Source: Octopus sinensis
Taxonomy: Eukaryota
NCBI RefSeq assembly: GCF_006345805.1
Contig: NC_042998.1
Location: 61,194,001 to 61,258,000, forward strand
DNA length: 64,000 bases
Reading direction: 5' to 3'
Every line of letters starts with the position of its first letter. Position 1 is the stretch's first letter. The position numbers and the translations under genes are program-made. This document shows, piece after piece, positions 24,873 to 38,743 of the stretch. Below the pieces are notes generated by a model. The model was not told the origin of the DNA and made no database searches. It was given only the letters and a program-made list of their open reading frames with translations.

Positions 24873-27328
24873 CTAGTAAGTAACACTGTCTTTGATTATT
24901 GAATTCTCAAGATAGAAAATCATTAACCATCTCACAAATAAATTTATCTTAGCTTCAACCATTCAGTCATATCATTCTCCACATCTCTTTCAAGTCATTG
25001 TTCTTATCCTCAGTTTCTGGTAACTTTCAGTTCCTGAATCCTCATTATTCTTCCGTTATCTTGTAAACTGCTCACTTTCTCAACATGTCTTCATGATTGT
25101 AAAAACACATCAAAGAGCAAGGAGAATTGTATAATATTATGAGATGCAAGACAACCTGACCAGTGCTATCACTAAGAGAAAATGGCCACAGTACATACAT
25201 GAAAGTGATTGGTGAATGAGAGGAGACAGCATAATTTTGAGTGGAACCTTCAATCTAATTGGTCACATTGGAGTTTGGTGCAGTGTCTCAGATTGCCAGC
25301 TCTGGTGAAACTGTCTAACCCAGGCCAGCATGGACAATGGACGTTAAATGGTGATGATGATGACAATATTATTAGTGCCTGTGCTACAATAAAACATAAC
25401 CAAGACCCTATATATAATGTTTGGTGTTAAGAAGGGTATCTTGTCATCTAAACTACAAAGAATTTAAGTGAGATGCGTTTGTACCTCAAACAGTCAAAGT
25501 GGAGGTTAACTCTGAATAAGAACTGACTTGGACATTGATGACCCATCTAATCGATAGCAGCATGAAAGTAGATGATGAATAATAATGACACTATGATTTA
25601 TTATTTTCTATTTATTATTTTGCATCTTGCAGCCTGTATCTAATCTTGAGGACTTGGAACTTACACCTGTGTAGCAGGGTCAGACTGACAGAAACTGTCT
25701 TGTAATGTTATTGTTAATATATGAACAACATCAAAAGGAATATCTAATCCCATTCTTGTTACCAACGTTATACTACATTTGTCACTGAAGTTAATTAAGA
25801 CCAAATAATTACAAAACATCACAGTAATGCTTTATATAATATATCTAAATAGTATCATAAATATACAGAAATGTTTCACATTTTGTTTTAGGACACAATA
25901 ACATCTAGACCTTATTGGACTAAAAAAGTCAATAATACCAGTTTGTAGAGAAGTGGTTGCGTGCCCAAGAAAAACAGTAGAACTATTTACGCAGACAGTA
26001 ATAAGGTATAAATCTGTTGGGTGAGCGTACAAGACGATGCTATGACAAAATCAGGTTAAATTTCAGACATACAAATGTAAAGCAGTTGATGAATAATATC
26101 TGATTCATTACCATGTTAACAGGTTTTATATGTAATACAAAAAAACAACGTCTGACATTGCAATACTAGATATCTATATAAATTGTATATAATCTGACTA
26201 AAATATAAGTGACTTTCAATACAGTGAATATGATTATGTCTCCACACAGATCTATATTGTAGAAGTTCCATCATCATCGTCATTATCATCATCGTCATCA
26301 TCGTTGTTTAATATTCGCTTTCCATGCTGAGGTGTGACTGAGGCTACACAAGGCTCCAATTTGATCTGATATGTATGCATACATATGTAAACATATATAT
26401 ATTTGAATACATATATATGCATATATATACATATACATACATAGATATATCACAGTGAAAGTATTAACTCACATTACAATAGCGATTTTATTGTTTCACT
26501 TTTGACAAGTAATACTGAAATAGTGTAAGAGATAAGAGATTGCTCCAGGATCACATTAGGCAAGAAGTTGAAAATTTATTTCGCCCATGACACTGCATGG
26601 ACCTAAAGTAAGACATGTGTGAATTTTGAATGAGATAATTTGGGTAGTTCTCGAGTTTTAGTGATGCACACATACATAGAGACAGACAGATAAAATTTTA
26701 CGCGTACAGATATATGCATTCATAATTATATCTGTATTTATATATATAGACTATCATACATATTCTCAGCTGAGATATTCTGGGAAATTACTCTGGCAAG
26801 AGATGATATCTCATATCAAACATCAGACTACCTTAAAAATGTGACATCTTCATAAGATGATAAATCAACAAGAACTTCTGGATAACGATTTTGGAACCAA
26901 ATGAAATTGTCTCTAGGAAAATTTGACCAGTTGAAAACATTTTCATTTGTGATTTGTTATTGAATCTCCTACATTAGAAAGCTAAAAATGAGGTTCTTAT
27001 AAGTAATTTTGACTTTAATTATCAGATTCACAAGATGTTAATACATCATTAATCATCACTGTTGGTTCACAACTGATGGTCATTCAGTCTTATCATTCTC
27101 CAAATCTTTCAAATTACCATTTGTATCCTCATTTTCTCACAACTTTCACTCCCTGCATCCTCAGTATTCTTCTGTCAACACTTCTCAATGTGTCCCCTTG
27201 AATGATAAAACACATCATAAGAGCAGTAAGAACTGTCAAATTTTATGGGATGCAAGAAAAACTGACCAATGCTAGTGCTCAAAGGAAAACTTATAGAAAT
27301 GAATTTGGTACTTCAGTTTTATACTCAC

Positions 27329-27394
27329 CATTTGACGGAGATTTTCTTTGCTGGGTTGTACCTGGCTGTACATTTCTAGTCTGCAATTCTGTGT
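27329..27394 (-). CDS. Cassette exon, 66 nt, phase 1-1
   Basis: gaatttcag|...|GTGAGT; DTELQTRNVQPGTTQQRKSPSN. Confidence 0.72.
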
Positions 27395-29062
27395 CTGAAA
27401 TTCATAAAATGAATTGTTATAGTTTATACTAAAATTTACCAGCATTCACATTCACACAAAAAGCTATAATTATTAATCTAAACATATACCAATTAAGGAC
27501 TTTCACAGCAACACTGACCAAATGATTTCACAGTTATATTTTCTAATGTTTGTTGAGATTTTGTGATTGAGTCTCATACTTTACCAAGACCAACATTGAT
27601 ATTCTAGTAAGTAACACTGTCTTTGATTATTGGATTCTCAAGATATTTGTAAATCATTAACCATCTCACAAATAAATTTGTCTTAGCTTCAACCATTTAG
27701 TCTTGGCATTCTCCACCTCTCATTGTTCTTATCCTCATTTTCTTATAATTTCAGTCCCTGCATCCTCATCATTCTTCCGTTATCACATAAAATTCTCACT
27801 TTCTCAATATGTCATCATGATTGTAAAAACACATGAAAGAGCAATGAGAATTGTATAATATTATGAGATGCAAGACAACCTGACCAGTGCTGGCGCTATG
27901 AGAAAATGGCCCCAGTACACACATGAACTTACACCTGTGTAGCAGGGTCTGACAGACAGAAACTGTCTTCGATGTTATTGTTAATATAAGAACAACATCA
28001 AAAGGAATATCTAATTCCATTCATGTCACCAAAGTTACACTACAAATTTTCACTGATGTTAATTAAGACCAACTAATTACAAATGGTCACAGAAATGATT
28101 TATATAATATATCTAAATAGTGTCATAAATATACAGAAATGTTTCACATGTTGTTTCAGGAGACAATAACATCTAGACCTCATTGGACTATAGAAGTCAA
28201 TAATCCCAGTTTGTAGAGAAGTGGTTGTGTGCCCACGAAAAACAGTAGAATTACTGACACAGAAGGTAATAAGGTTTAAATCTGTTGGGTGAGAGTACAA
28301 GATGATGCTATGAGAAAACAGGGTTCAATTTCAGACATACAAATGTAAATCAGTTAATAAATAATAACTGATTCATTACCATGTTAACAGGTTTCATATG
28401 TAATACAAAAAAACACTGTCTGTCATTGCAATAAAAGATATCTATACAAATTGTATATAATCTGACTAGAAAAGAAGTGACTTTCATTACAGAGAATATG
28501 ATTACGTCCCAGCACAGATCTCTATTGCAGAATTTCCTTCTCCTCCTCATCCTTTAACACCACAACCGCCATCACCACCACCGCCGCCGCCGCCCCCGCC
28601 CCCACCGCCGCACCACCATCACTGCAAGCACCACCACCAGGACCCACACCACCTCCATCACCACCACCACAACCACCACCACCATCATCATCATCGTTGT
28701 TTAATATCTGCTTTCCACGCTGAGGTGTGACTGAGGGCTGGGAAGCCTAAAGGCTGCACCAGGTTCCAATCTGATCTCATATGTGTGCATATATATGCAA
28801 ACATACATATACATGCACACGTATATGTGCATATATATTTACATACATATACATTCATAGATATTTCACAGTGATGTTATTAACTCACATTACAAAATGT
28901 ATGGACCTTATGTAAGACATGTATGAAATTTGAATGAAATCAGTCGGGTAGTTCTTGAGTTTTAGTGTCGCACACATACAGACAGACTGACAGGCATTTA
29001 CATACACACATACATGCATTCTCAGTTATACACATACATATATGTATATATATGTATATAGA

Positions 29063-29873
29063 CTAATAGCAGTATTGCCCGGCTCGTGTGCTCTTGTGTT
29101 CTATGCACGCGTGAATTAAGCTAAACTTAGATGAAGTTCAATTAAAATTCAATTATTTTGGTTTTAAAATGAAGCATTTTATACCCTTATGTGTTCTATT
29201 TCCTCAATAGGAAGTACGTAGAAGCGTTTCATAAATTTTTGTTGATCAAATAATTGCATTGTTGAATTATTCTTTAAGATCAGTATTTCTCAACAGGGAT
29301 TTCAGGGTAGAGATCCAGGAGCTGCTGGCGATGTATCGTGATGATCAAAAATCCGGCCTGCTAAAATTTGGTTAAAGTGATTCAAACTGCAGACTCAATG
29401 CAAAATGGTTACATTTAATTCAAAGCATTAAAAATGTTATGTAAACAATTGGTATGTGTTCACATAGTCCAAATGATTTATACGAAAATACCCTCCAGGC
29501 TATATCCCGAAAAGTCATTTCTTTGCCGAATTTCTATAATGTTTATGGCGATTCGTTTTTATATCTTGATTTTTGATTTTTCATGCAATTTACGCATGCT
29601 TGCACACGTGGTGAACACAGATCATGTCAAAAAGCTGACTGATTAAAGTTCACTATTCAACACATGGGATAAAGCCTAAACAAACACATTATCGATTTTT
29701 GCAATTGCGAGATAAATTTGGAACAGAAATAGCGCAGTTCAATTTTCATTCACCTAAACTTTAAGTGACCCATTTTTGGTGGTTCTACGATCTCTTGGCT
29801 AGGAGATGTGCCAGGAAGTTAAACCCAAAGACACACACACAGACAAACAAGTTGAGTTTCATATATATATAGA
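29063..29873 (-). mobile_element. Helitron-like element (family B); further copies at 32184-32994, 35328-36143, 59205-60013, fragment at 61995-62091
   Basis: Minus strand begins A|TCTATATATATATGAAACTC and ends ccgggcaatactgctattag|T (degenerate CTAG); occupies the same monomer site as Helitron A in opposite orientation. Confidence 0.55.
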
Positions 29874-30449
29874 TAATACATATTCTAATCTGAGACATTC
29901 TGGGAAGATACTCCGGCAAGAGATCATATCTCATATCAAACATCAGACTACCTTAAAAATGTGACATCTTCATAAGATGATAAATCAACAAGAACTTCTG
30001 GATAACGATTTTGGAACCAAATGAAATTGTCTCTAACAAATTTTACCAGTTGAAAAAGTTTTTATTTGCGATTTGTTATTGAATCTCCTACATTAGAAAG
30101 CTGAAAATGAGGTTCTTATAAGTAATTTTGACTTTAATTATCAGATTCACAAGATGTTAATACATCATTAATCATCACTGTTGGTTCACAACTGATGGTC
30201 ATTCAGTCTTATCATTCTCCACCTCTCTTTCAAATCACCATTTGTATCCTCATTTTCTCACAACTTTCACTCCCTGCATCCTCAGTATTCTTCTGTCAAC
30301 ACTTCTCAATGTGTCCCCTTGAATGATAAAGCACATCATAAGAGCAGTAAGAACTGTAAAATTTTATGGGATGCAAGAAAAACTGACCAATGCTAGTGCT
30401 CAAAGGAAGACTTATAAAAATGAATTTGGTACTTCAGTTTTATACTCAC

Positions 30450-30515
30450 CATTTGACGGTGATGTTCTTTGACGGGTTGTGACCGGCTTTTTATTTCTAG
30501 GCGACAATTCTATGA
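30450..30515 (-). CDS. Cassette exon, 66 nt, phase 1-1
   Basis: gaatttcag|...|GTGAGT; VIELSPRNKKPVTTRQRTSPSN; phases 0 and 2 contain TAG, so only phase 1 is open. Confidence 0.75.
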
Positions 30516-33500
30516 CTGAAATTCATAATATGAAGTGTTATAATTTATAGTAAAATTTACCAGCATTCAAATTCATACAAAAAGCTATAATTATTAATCT
30601 AAACATATACCAATTAAGGACTTTCACAGCAACGCTGACCAAATGATTTCACAGTTATATTTTCTAATGTTTGTTGAGATTTTGTGATTGAGCCTCATAC
30701 TTTACCAAGACCAACATTGATATTCTAGTAAGTAACACTGTCTTTGATTATTGGATTCTCAAGATATTTGTAAATCATTAACCATCTCACAAATAGATTT
30801 GTCTTAGCTTCAACGATTTAGTCTTGGCATTCTCCACCTCTCATTGTTCTTATCCTCATTTTCTTATAATTTCAGTCCCTGCATCCTCATCATTCTTCCG
30901 TTATCACATAAAATTCTCACTTTCTCAATATGTCATCATGATTGTAAAAACACATGAAAGAGCAATGAGAATTGTATAATATTATGAGATGCAAGACAAC
31001 CTGACCAGTGCTGGCGCTATGAGAAAATGGCCCCAGTACACACATGAACTTACACCTGTGTAGCAGGGTCTGACAGACAGAAACTGTCTTCGATGTTATT
31101 GTTAATATAAGAACAACATCAAAAGGAATATCTAATTCCATTCATGTCACCAAAGTTACACTACAAATTTTCACTGATGTTAATTAAGACCAACTAATTA
31201 CAAATGGTCACAGAAATGATTTATATAATATATCTAAATAGTGTCATAAATATACAGAAATGTTTCACATGTTGTTTCAGGAGACAATAACATCTAGACC
31301 TCATTGGACTATAGAAGTCAATAATCCCAGTTTGTAGAGAAGTGGTTGTGTGCCCACGAAAAACAGTAGAATTACTGACACAGAAGGTAATAAGGTTTAA
31401 ATCTGTTGGGTGAGAGTACAAGATGATGCTATGAGAAAACAGGGTTCAATTTCAGACATACAAATGTAAATCAGTTAATAAATAATAACTGATTCATTAC
31501 CATGTTAACAGGTTTCATATGTAATACAAAAAAACACTGTCTGTCATTGCAATAAAAGATATCTATACAAATTGTATATAATCTGACTAGAAAATAAGTG
31601 ACTTTCATTACAGAGAATATGATTACGTCCCAGCACAGATCTCTATTGCAGAATTTCCTTCTCCTCCTCATCCTTTAACACCACAACCGCCATCACCACC
31701 ACCGCCGCCGCCGCCCCCGCCCCCACCGCCGCACCACCATCACTGCAAGCACCACCACCAGGACCCACACCACCTCCATCACCACCACCACAACCACCAC
31801 CACCATCATCATCATCGTTGTTTAATATCTGCTTTCCACGCTGAGGTGTGACTGAGGGCTGGGAAGCCTAAAGGCTGCACCAGGTTCCAATCTGATCTCG
31901 TATGTGTGCATATATATGCAAACATACATATACATGCACACGTATATGTGCATATATATTTACATACATATACATTCATAGATATTTCACAGTGATGTTA
32001 TTAACTCACATTACAAAATGTATGGACCTTATGTAAGACATGTATGAAATTTGAATGAAATCAGTCGGGTAGTTCTGGAGTTTTAGTGTCGCACACATAC
32101 AGACAGACTGACAGGCATTTACATGCACACATACATGCATTCTCAGTTATACACATACATATATGTATATATATGTATATAGACTAATAGCAGTATTGCC
32201 CGGCTCGTGTGCTCTTGTGTTCTATGCACGCGTGAATTAAGCTAAACTTAGATGAAGTTCAATCAAAATTCAATTATTTTGGTTTTAAAATGAAGCATTT
32301 TATACCCCTATGTGTTCTATTTCCTCAATAGGAAGTACGTAGAAGCGTTTCATAAATTTTTGTTGATCAAATAATTGCATTGTTGAATTATTCTTTAAGA
32401 TCAGTATTTCTCAACAGTGATTTCAGGGTAGAGATCCAGGAGCTGCTGGCGATGTATCGTGATGATCAAAAATCCGGCCTGCTAAAATTTGGTTAAAGTG
32501 ATTCAAACTGCAGACTCAATGCAAAATGGTTACATTTAATTCAAAGCATTAAAAATGTTATGTAAACAATTGGTATGTGTTCACATAGTCCAAATGATTT
32601 ATACGAAAATACCCTCCAGGCTATATCCCGAAAAGTCATTTCTTTGCCGAATTTCTATAATGTTTATGGCGATTCGTTTTTATATCTTGATTTTTGATTT
32701 TTCATGCAATTTACGCATGCTTGCACACGTGGTGAACACAGATCATGTCAAAAAGCTGACTGATTAAAGTTCACTATTCAACACATGGGATAAGGCCTAA
32801 ACAAACACATTATCGATTTTTGCAATTGCGAGATGAATTTGGAACAGAAATAGCGCAGTTCAATTTTCATTCACCTAAACTTTAAGTGACCCATTTTTGG
32901 TGGTTCTACGATCTCTTGGCTAGGAGATGTGCCAGGAAGTTAAACCCAAAGACACACACACAGACAAACAAGTTGAGTTTCATATATATATAGATAATAC
33001 ATATTCTAATCTGAGACATTCTGGGAAGATACTCCGGCAAGAGATCATATCTCATATCAAACATCAGACTACCTTAAAAATGTGACATCTTCATACGATG
33101 ATAAATCAACAAGAACTTCTGGATAACGATTTTGGAACCAAATGAAATTGTCTCTAACAAATTTTACCAGTTGAAAAAGTTTTTATTTGCGATTTGTTAT
33201 TGAATCTCCTACATTAGAAAGCTGAAAATGAGGTTCTTATAAGTAATTTTGACTTTAATTATCAGATTCACAAGATGTTAATACATCATTAATCATCACT
33301 GTTGGTTCACAACTGATGGTCATTCAGTCTTATCATTCTCCACCTCTCTTTCAAATCACCATTTGTATCCTCATTTTCTCACAACTTTCACTCCCTGCAT
33401 CCTCAGTATTCTTCTGTCAACACTTCTCAATGTGTCCCCTTGAATGATAAAACACATCATAAGAGCAGTAAGAACTGTCAAATTTTATGGGATGCAAGAA

Positions 33501-33570
33501 AAACTGACCAATGCTAGTGCTCAAAGGAAGACTTATAAAAATGAATTTGGTACTTCAGTTTTATACTCAC

Positions 33571-33636
33571 CATTTGACGGTGATGTTCTTCGACGGGTTG
33601 GGACCGGCTTTTTATTTCTAAGCGACAATTCTATGA
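33571..33636 (-). CDS. Cassette exon, 66 nt, phase 1-1
   Basis: gaatttcag|...|GTGAGT; VIELSLRNKKPVPTRRRTSPSN. Confidence 0.72.
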
Positions 33637-36600
33637 CTGAAATTCATAATATGAAGTGTTATAATTTATAGTAAAATTTACCAGCATTCAAATTCATACA
33701 AAAAGCTATAATTATTAATCTAAACATATACCAATTAAGGACTTTCACAGCAACGCTGACCAAATGATTTCACAGTTATATTTTCTAATGTTTGTTGAGA
33801 TTTTGTGATTGGGCCTCATACTTTACCAAGACCAACATTGATATTCTAGTAAGTAACACTGTCTTTGATTATTGGATTCTCAAGATATTTGTAAATCATT
33901 AACCATCTCACAAATAGATTTGTCTTAGCTTCAACCATTTAGTCTTGGCATTCTCCACCTCTCTTTCAAGTCATTGTTCTTATCCTCATTTTCTTATACT
34001 TTCAGTCCCTGCATCCTCATCATTCTTCCGTTATCACATAAAATTCTCACTTTCTCAATATGTCATCATGATTGTAAAAACACATGAAAGCGCAATGAGA
34101 ATTGTATAATATTATGAGACGCAAGACAACCTGACCAGTGCTGGCGCTATGAGAAAATGGCCCCAGTACACACATGAACTTACACCTGTGTAGCAGGGTC
34201 TAACAGACAGAAACTGTCTTCGATGTTATTGTTAATATAAGAACAACATCAAAAGGAATATCTAATTCCATTCATGTCACCAAAGTTACACTACAAATTT
34301 TCACTGATGTTAATTAAGACCAACTAATTACAAATGGTCACAGAAATGATTTATATAATATATCTAAATAGAATCATAAATATACAGAAATGTTTCACAT
34401 GTTGTTTCAGGAGACAATAACATCTAGACCTCATTGGACTATAGAAGTCAATAATCCCAGTTTGTAGAGAAGTGGTTGTGTGCCCACGAAAAACAGTAGA
34501 ATTACTTACACAGAAGGTAATAAGGTTTAAATCTGTTGGGTGAGAGTACAAGATGATGCTATAAGAAAATAGGGTTCAATTTCAGACATACAAATGTAAA
34601 TCAGTTAATAAATAATGTCTGATTCATTACCATGTTAGAAGGTTTCATATGTAATACAAAAAAACTCTGTCTGTCATTGCAATAAAAGATATCTATACAA
34701 ATTGTATATAATCTGATAGAAAATAAGTGACTTTCATTACAGAGAATATGATTATGTCCCAGCACAGATCTCTATTGCAGAATTTCCTTCTCCTCCTCAT
34801 CCTTTAACACCACAACCGCCATCACCACCACCAACGCCGCGGCACCGCCACCACCACCGCCGCTAGCACCACCACCGCACCCGCCAGCACCACCACCAGG
34901 ACCAGCACCACCTCCACCGCCACCACCACGACCGCCACCACCATCACCATCATCATCATCGTTGTTTAATATGTGCCTTCCACGCTGAGGTGTGACTGAC
35001 GGCTGGGAAGCCTAAAGGCTGTACCAGGTTCCAATCTGATCTCATATGTGTGCACATATATGCAAACATACATATACATGCAACCGTATATGTGCATATA
35101 TATTTACATACATATACATTCATAGATATATCACAATGAAATTATTAACTCACATTACAAAATGTATGGACCTTATGTAAGACATGTATGAAATTTGAAT
35201 GAAATCAGTCGCGTAGTTCTGGAGTTTTAGTGTCGCACACATACAGACAGACTGACAAGCATTTACATGCACACAAACATGCATTCTCAGTTATACACAT
35301 ACATACATGTATATATATGTATATAGACTAATAGCAGTATTGCCCGGATCGTGTGCTCTTGTGTTCTATGCACGCGCGAATTAAGCTAATCTTGGATGAA
35401 GTTCAATCAAAATTCAATTATTTTGGTTTTAAAATCAAGCATTTTATACCCTTATGTGTTCTATTTCCTCAATAGGAAGTACGTAGAAGCGTTTCATAAA
35501 TTTTTGTTGATCAAATAATTGCATTGTTGAATTATTCTTTTATATCATTATTTCTCAACGGGGATTTCAAGGTAGAGATCCAGGAGCTGCTGGCGATGTA
35601 TCGTGATAATCAGAATTCCAGCTAGCTAAAATTTGGTTAAAGGGATTCAAACTGCAGACTCAATGCAAAATGGTTACATTTAATTCAAAGCATTAAAAAT
35701 GTTAAGTAAACAATTGGTATGTGTTCACATAGTCCAAATGATTTATACGAAAATACCTTCCAGGCTATATCCCGAAAAGCCATTTCTTTGCTGAATTCCA
35801 CTAATGTTTATGGCGATTCGTTTTTATATCTTGATTTTGGATTTTTCATGTAATTTACGCATGCTTGTACGCATGGTGAACACAGATAACGTCAAAAAGC
35901 TGACTGATTAAAGTTCACTATTCAACGCATGGGATAAGGCGTAAACAAACGCATTATCGATTTTTGCAATTGCGAGATGAATTTGGAACAAAAAGAGCGC
36001 AGTTCAATTTTCATTCGCCTAAACTTTAAGTGACCCATTTTTGGTGGTTCTAGGATCTGTTGGCTAGGAGGAGAGGTGCCAGGAAGTTAAACCCACAGAC
36101 AAACACACAGACAAAGAAGTTGAGTTTCATATATATATATAGATAATACATATTCTAATCTGAGACATTCTGGGAAGATACTCCGGCAAGAGATTATATC
36201 TCATATCAAACATCAGACTACCTTAAAAATGTGACATCTTCATACGATGATAAATCAACAAGAACTTCTGGATAACGATTCTGGAACCAAATGAAATTGT
36301 CTCTAATAAATTTTACCAGTTGAAAACGTTTTTATTTGCAATTTGTTATTGAATCTCCTACGTTAGAAAGCTGAAAATGTGGTTCTTATAAGTAATTTTG
36401 ACTTTAATTATCAGATTCACAAGATGTTAATACATCATTAATCATCACTGTTGGTTCACAACTGATGGTCATTCAGTCTTATCATTCTCCAAATCTTTCA
36501 AATCACCATTTGTATCCTCATTTTCTCACAACTTTCACTCCCTGCATCCTCAGTATTCTTCTGTCAACACTTCTCAACGTGTCCCCTTGAATGATAAAAC

Positions 36601-36717
36601 ACATCATAAGAGCAGTAAGAACTGTCAAATTTTATGGGATGCAAGAAAAACTGACCAATGCTAGTGCTCAAAGGAAAACTTATAGAAATGAATTTGGTAC
36701 TTCAGTTTTATACTCAC

Positions 36718-36783
36718 CATTTGACGGTGATGTTCTTTGACGGGTTGTGGCCGGCCGTTCAGTTCTAGGCGGCAATTCTCTGC
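36718..36783 (-). CDS. Cassette exon, 66 nt, phase 1-1
   Basis: gaatttcag|...|GTGAGT; GRELPPRTERPATTRQRTSPSN. Confidence 0.72.
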
Positions 36784-37929
36784 CTGAAATTCATAATATG
36801 AAGTGTTGTAATTTATAGTAAAATTTACCAGCATTAAAATTCACACAAAAAGCTATAATTATTAATCTAAACATATACCAATTAAGGACTTTCACAGCAA
36901 CATTGACCAAATGATTTCACAATTATATTTTCTAATGTTTGTTGAGATATTGTGATTGGGCCTCATACTTTACCAAGACAAACATTGATGTTCTAGTAAG
37001 TAACACTGATTGGTTTTTGGATTCTCAAGATATTTGTAAATCATTAACCATCTCACAAATAAATTTGTCTTAGCTTCAACCATTTAGTCTTGGCATTCTC
37101 CACCTCTCTTTCAAGTCATTGTTCTTATCCTCATTTTCTTATAATTTCAGTCCCTGCATCCTCATCATTCTTCCGTTATCACTTAAACTTCTCACATTCT
37201 CAACATGCCTTCATGATTGTAAAAACACATGAAAGAGCAACGAGATATGTATAATATTATGAGATGCAAGACAACCTGACCAGTGCTAGCGCTACGAGAA
37301 AATGACCCCAGTACACACATGAATTTACACCTGTGTAGCAGGGTCTGACAGACAGAAACTGTCTTCGATGTTATTGTTAATATAAGAACAACATCAAAAG
37401 GAATATCTAATTCCATTCATGTCACCAAAGTTACACTACAAATTTTCACTGATGTTAATTAAGACCAACTAATTACAAACGCTCACAGAAATGATTTATA
37501 TAATATATCTAAATAGTATCATAAATATACAGAAATGTTTCACATGTTGTTTCAGGAGACAATAACATCTAGACCTCATTGGACTGTAGAAGTCAATCAT
37601 AGTTTTTAGTAAAGTGGTTGTGTGCCCACGAAAAACAGTAGAATTACTTACACAGAAGGTAATAAAGTTTAAATCTGTTGGGTGAGAGTATAAGATGATG
37701 CTATGAGATAATAGGGTTCAATTTCAGACATACAAATGTAAATCAGTTAATAAATAATATCTGATTCATTATCATGTTAAGAGGTTTCATATGTAATACA
37801 AAAAAACACTGTCTGTCATTGCAATTAAAGATATCTATACAAATTGTATATAATCTGACTAGAAAATAACTGACTTTCATTACAGAGAATATGATTATGT
37901 CCCAGCATAGATCTCTTTTGCAGAATTTC

Positions 37930-38280
37930 CTTCTCCTCCTCATCCTTTCACACCACAACCGCCATCATCACCACCACCGCCGCCGCCACCACCAACACCC
38001 GCCAGCACCACCACCAGGACAAGCACCACCACCATCACCACAACCTCAACCACAACCACCAACACCACCATCATCATCATCATCATCATCATCAACATCA
38101 TCATCATCTTCATCATCATCATCATCATCATCATCAACATCATCATCATCATCATCATCATCATCAGCATCACCACCATCATCACCATCACCACCACAAC
38201 GACGACGACGACGACCACCACCAACACCACCACCACAACCACCACCATCATCATCATCATCATTATCATCAACATCATTG
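37930..38280. repeat. Compound (CAT)n/(CAC)n/(CCG)n/(GAC)n trinucleotide tract; related tracts at ~28545, 31665, 34800, 44420, 46765, 52255, 54595, 63720
   Basis: Direct reading; each lies at the tail of the SINE remnant in the monomer. Confidence 0.95.
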
Positions 38281-38704
38281 TTGCTTAATATCCGCATTCG
38301 ATGCTGAGGTCTCACTGAAGGCTGGCAATCCTAAAGGCTGCAACAGGCTCCAATTTGATGTGATATGTACGCATATATATGTAAACATATATATATTTGT
38401 ATACATATATATGCATATATATACATATACATACATAGATATATCACAGTGAAAGTATTAACTCACATTACAATAGTGATTTTATTGTTTCACTTTTGAC
38501 AAGTAATACTGAAATAGTGTTAGAGATAAGAGATTGCTCCAGGATCACATTAGGCAAGAAGTTGAAAATTTGTTTGGCCCATGATACTGCATGGACATTA
38601 AGTAAGGCATGTGTGAAATTTGAATGAAATCATTTGGATAGTTCTAGAATTTTAGTGATGCAGAGAGACAAACATTTACACGCACAGATACATGCATTCT
38701 CAGT

Positions 38705-38743
<39 letters not shown>

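Larger units (their letters stand above)
26750..37920. repeat. 3.12 kb tandem repeat, about 3.5 copies
   Basis: Identical ORF-track translations offset by 3121 bp (27796/30917, 28100/31221, 29434/32555). Confidence 0.93.

Noticed and set aside
27933-28010. 78-nt hydrophobic segment DIPFDVVLILTITSKTVSVCQTLLHR resembling a signal peptide or TM exon
   Set aside because: Acceptor lacks a pyrimidine tract, and homologous copies (6.9, 25.7, 39.9 kb) differ by a 1-nt indel
29434-29646. Identical 70-aa ORF repeated at 32555
   Set aside because: Lies inside the Helitron-like element; identity reflects recent duplication and the ORF is broken in the 35.7 kb copy
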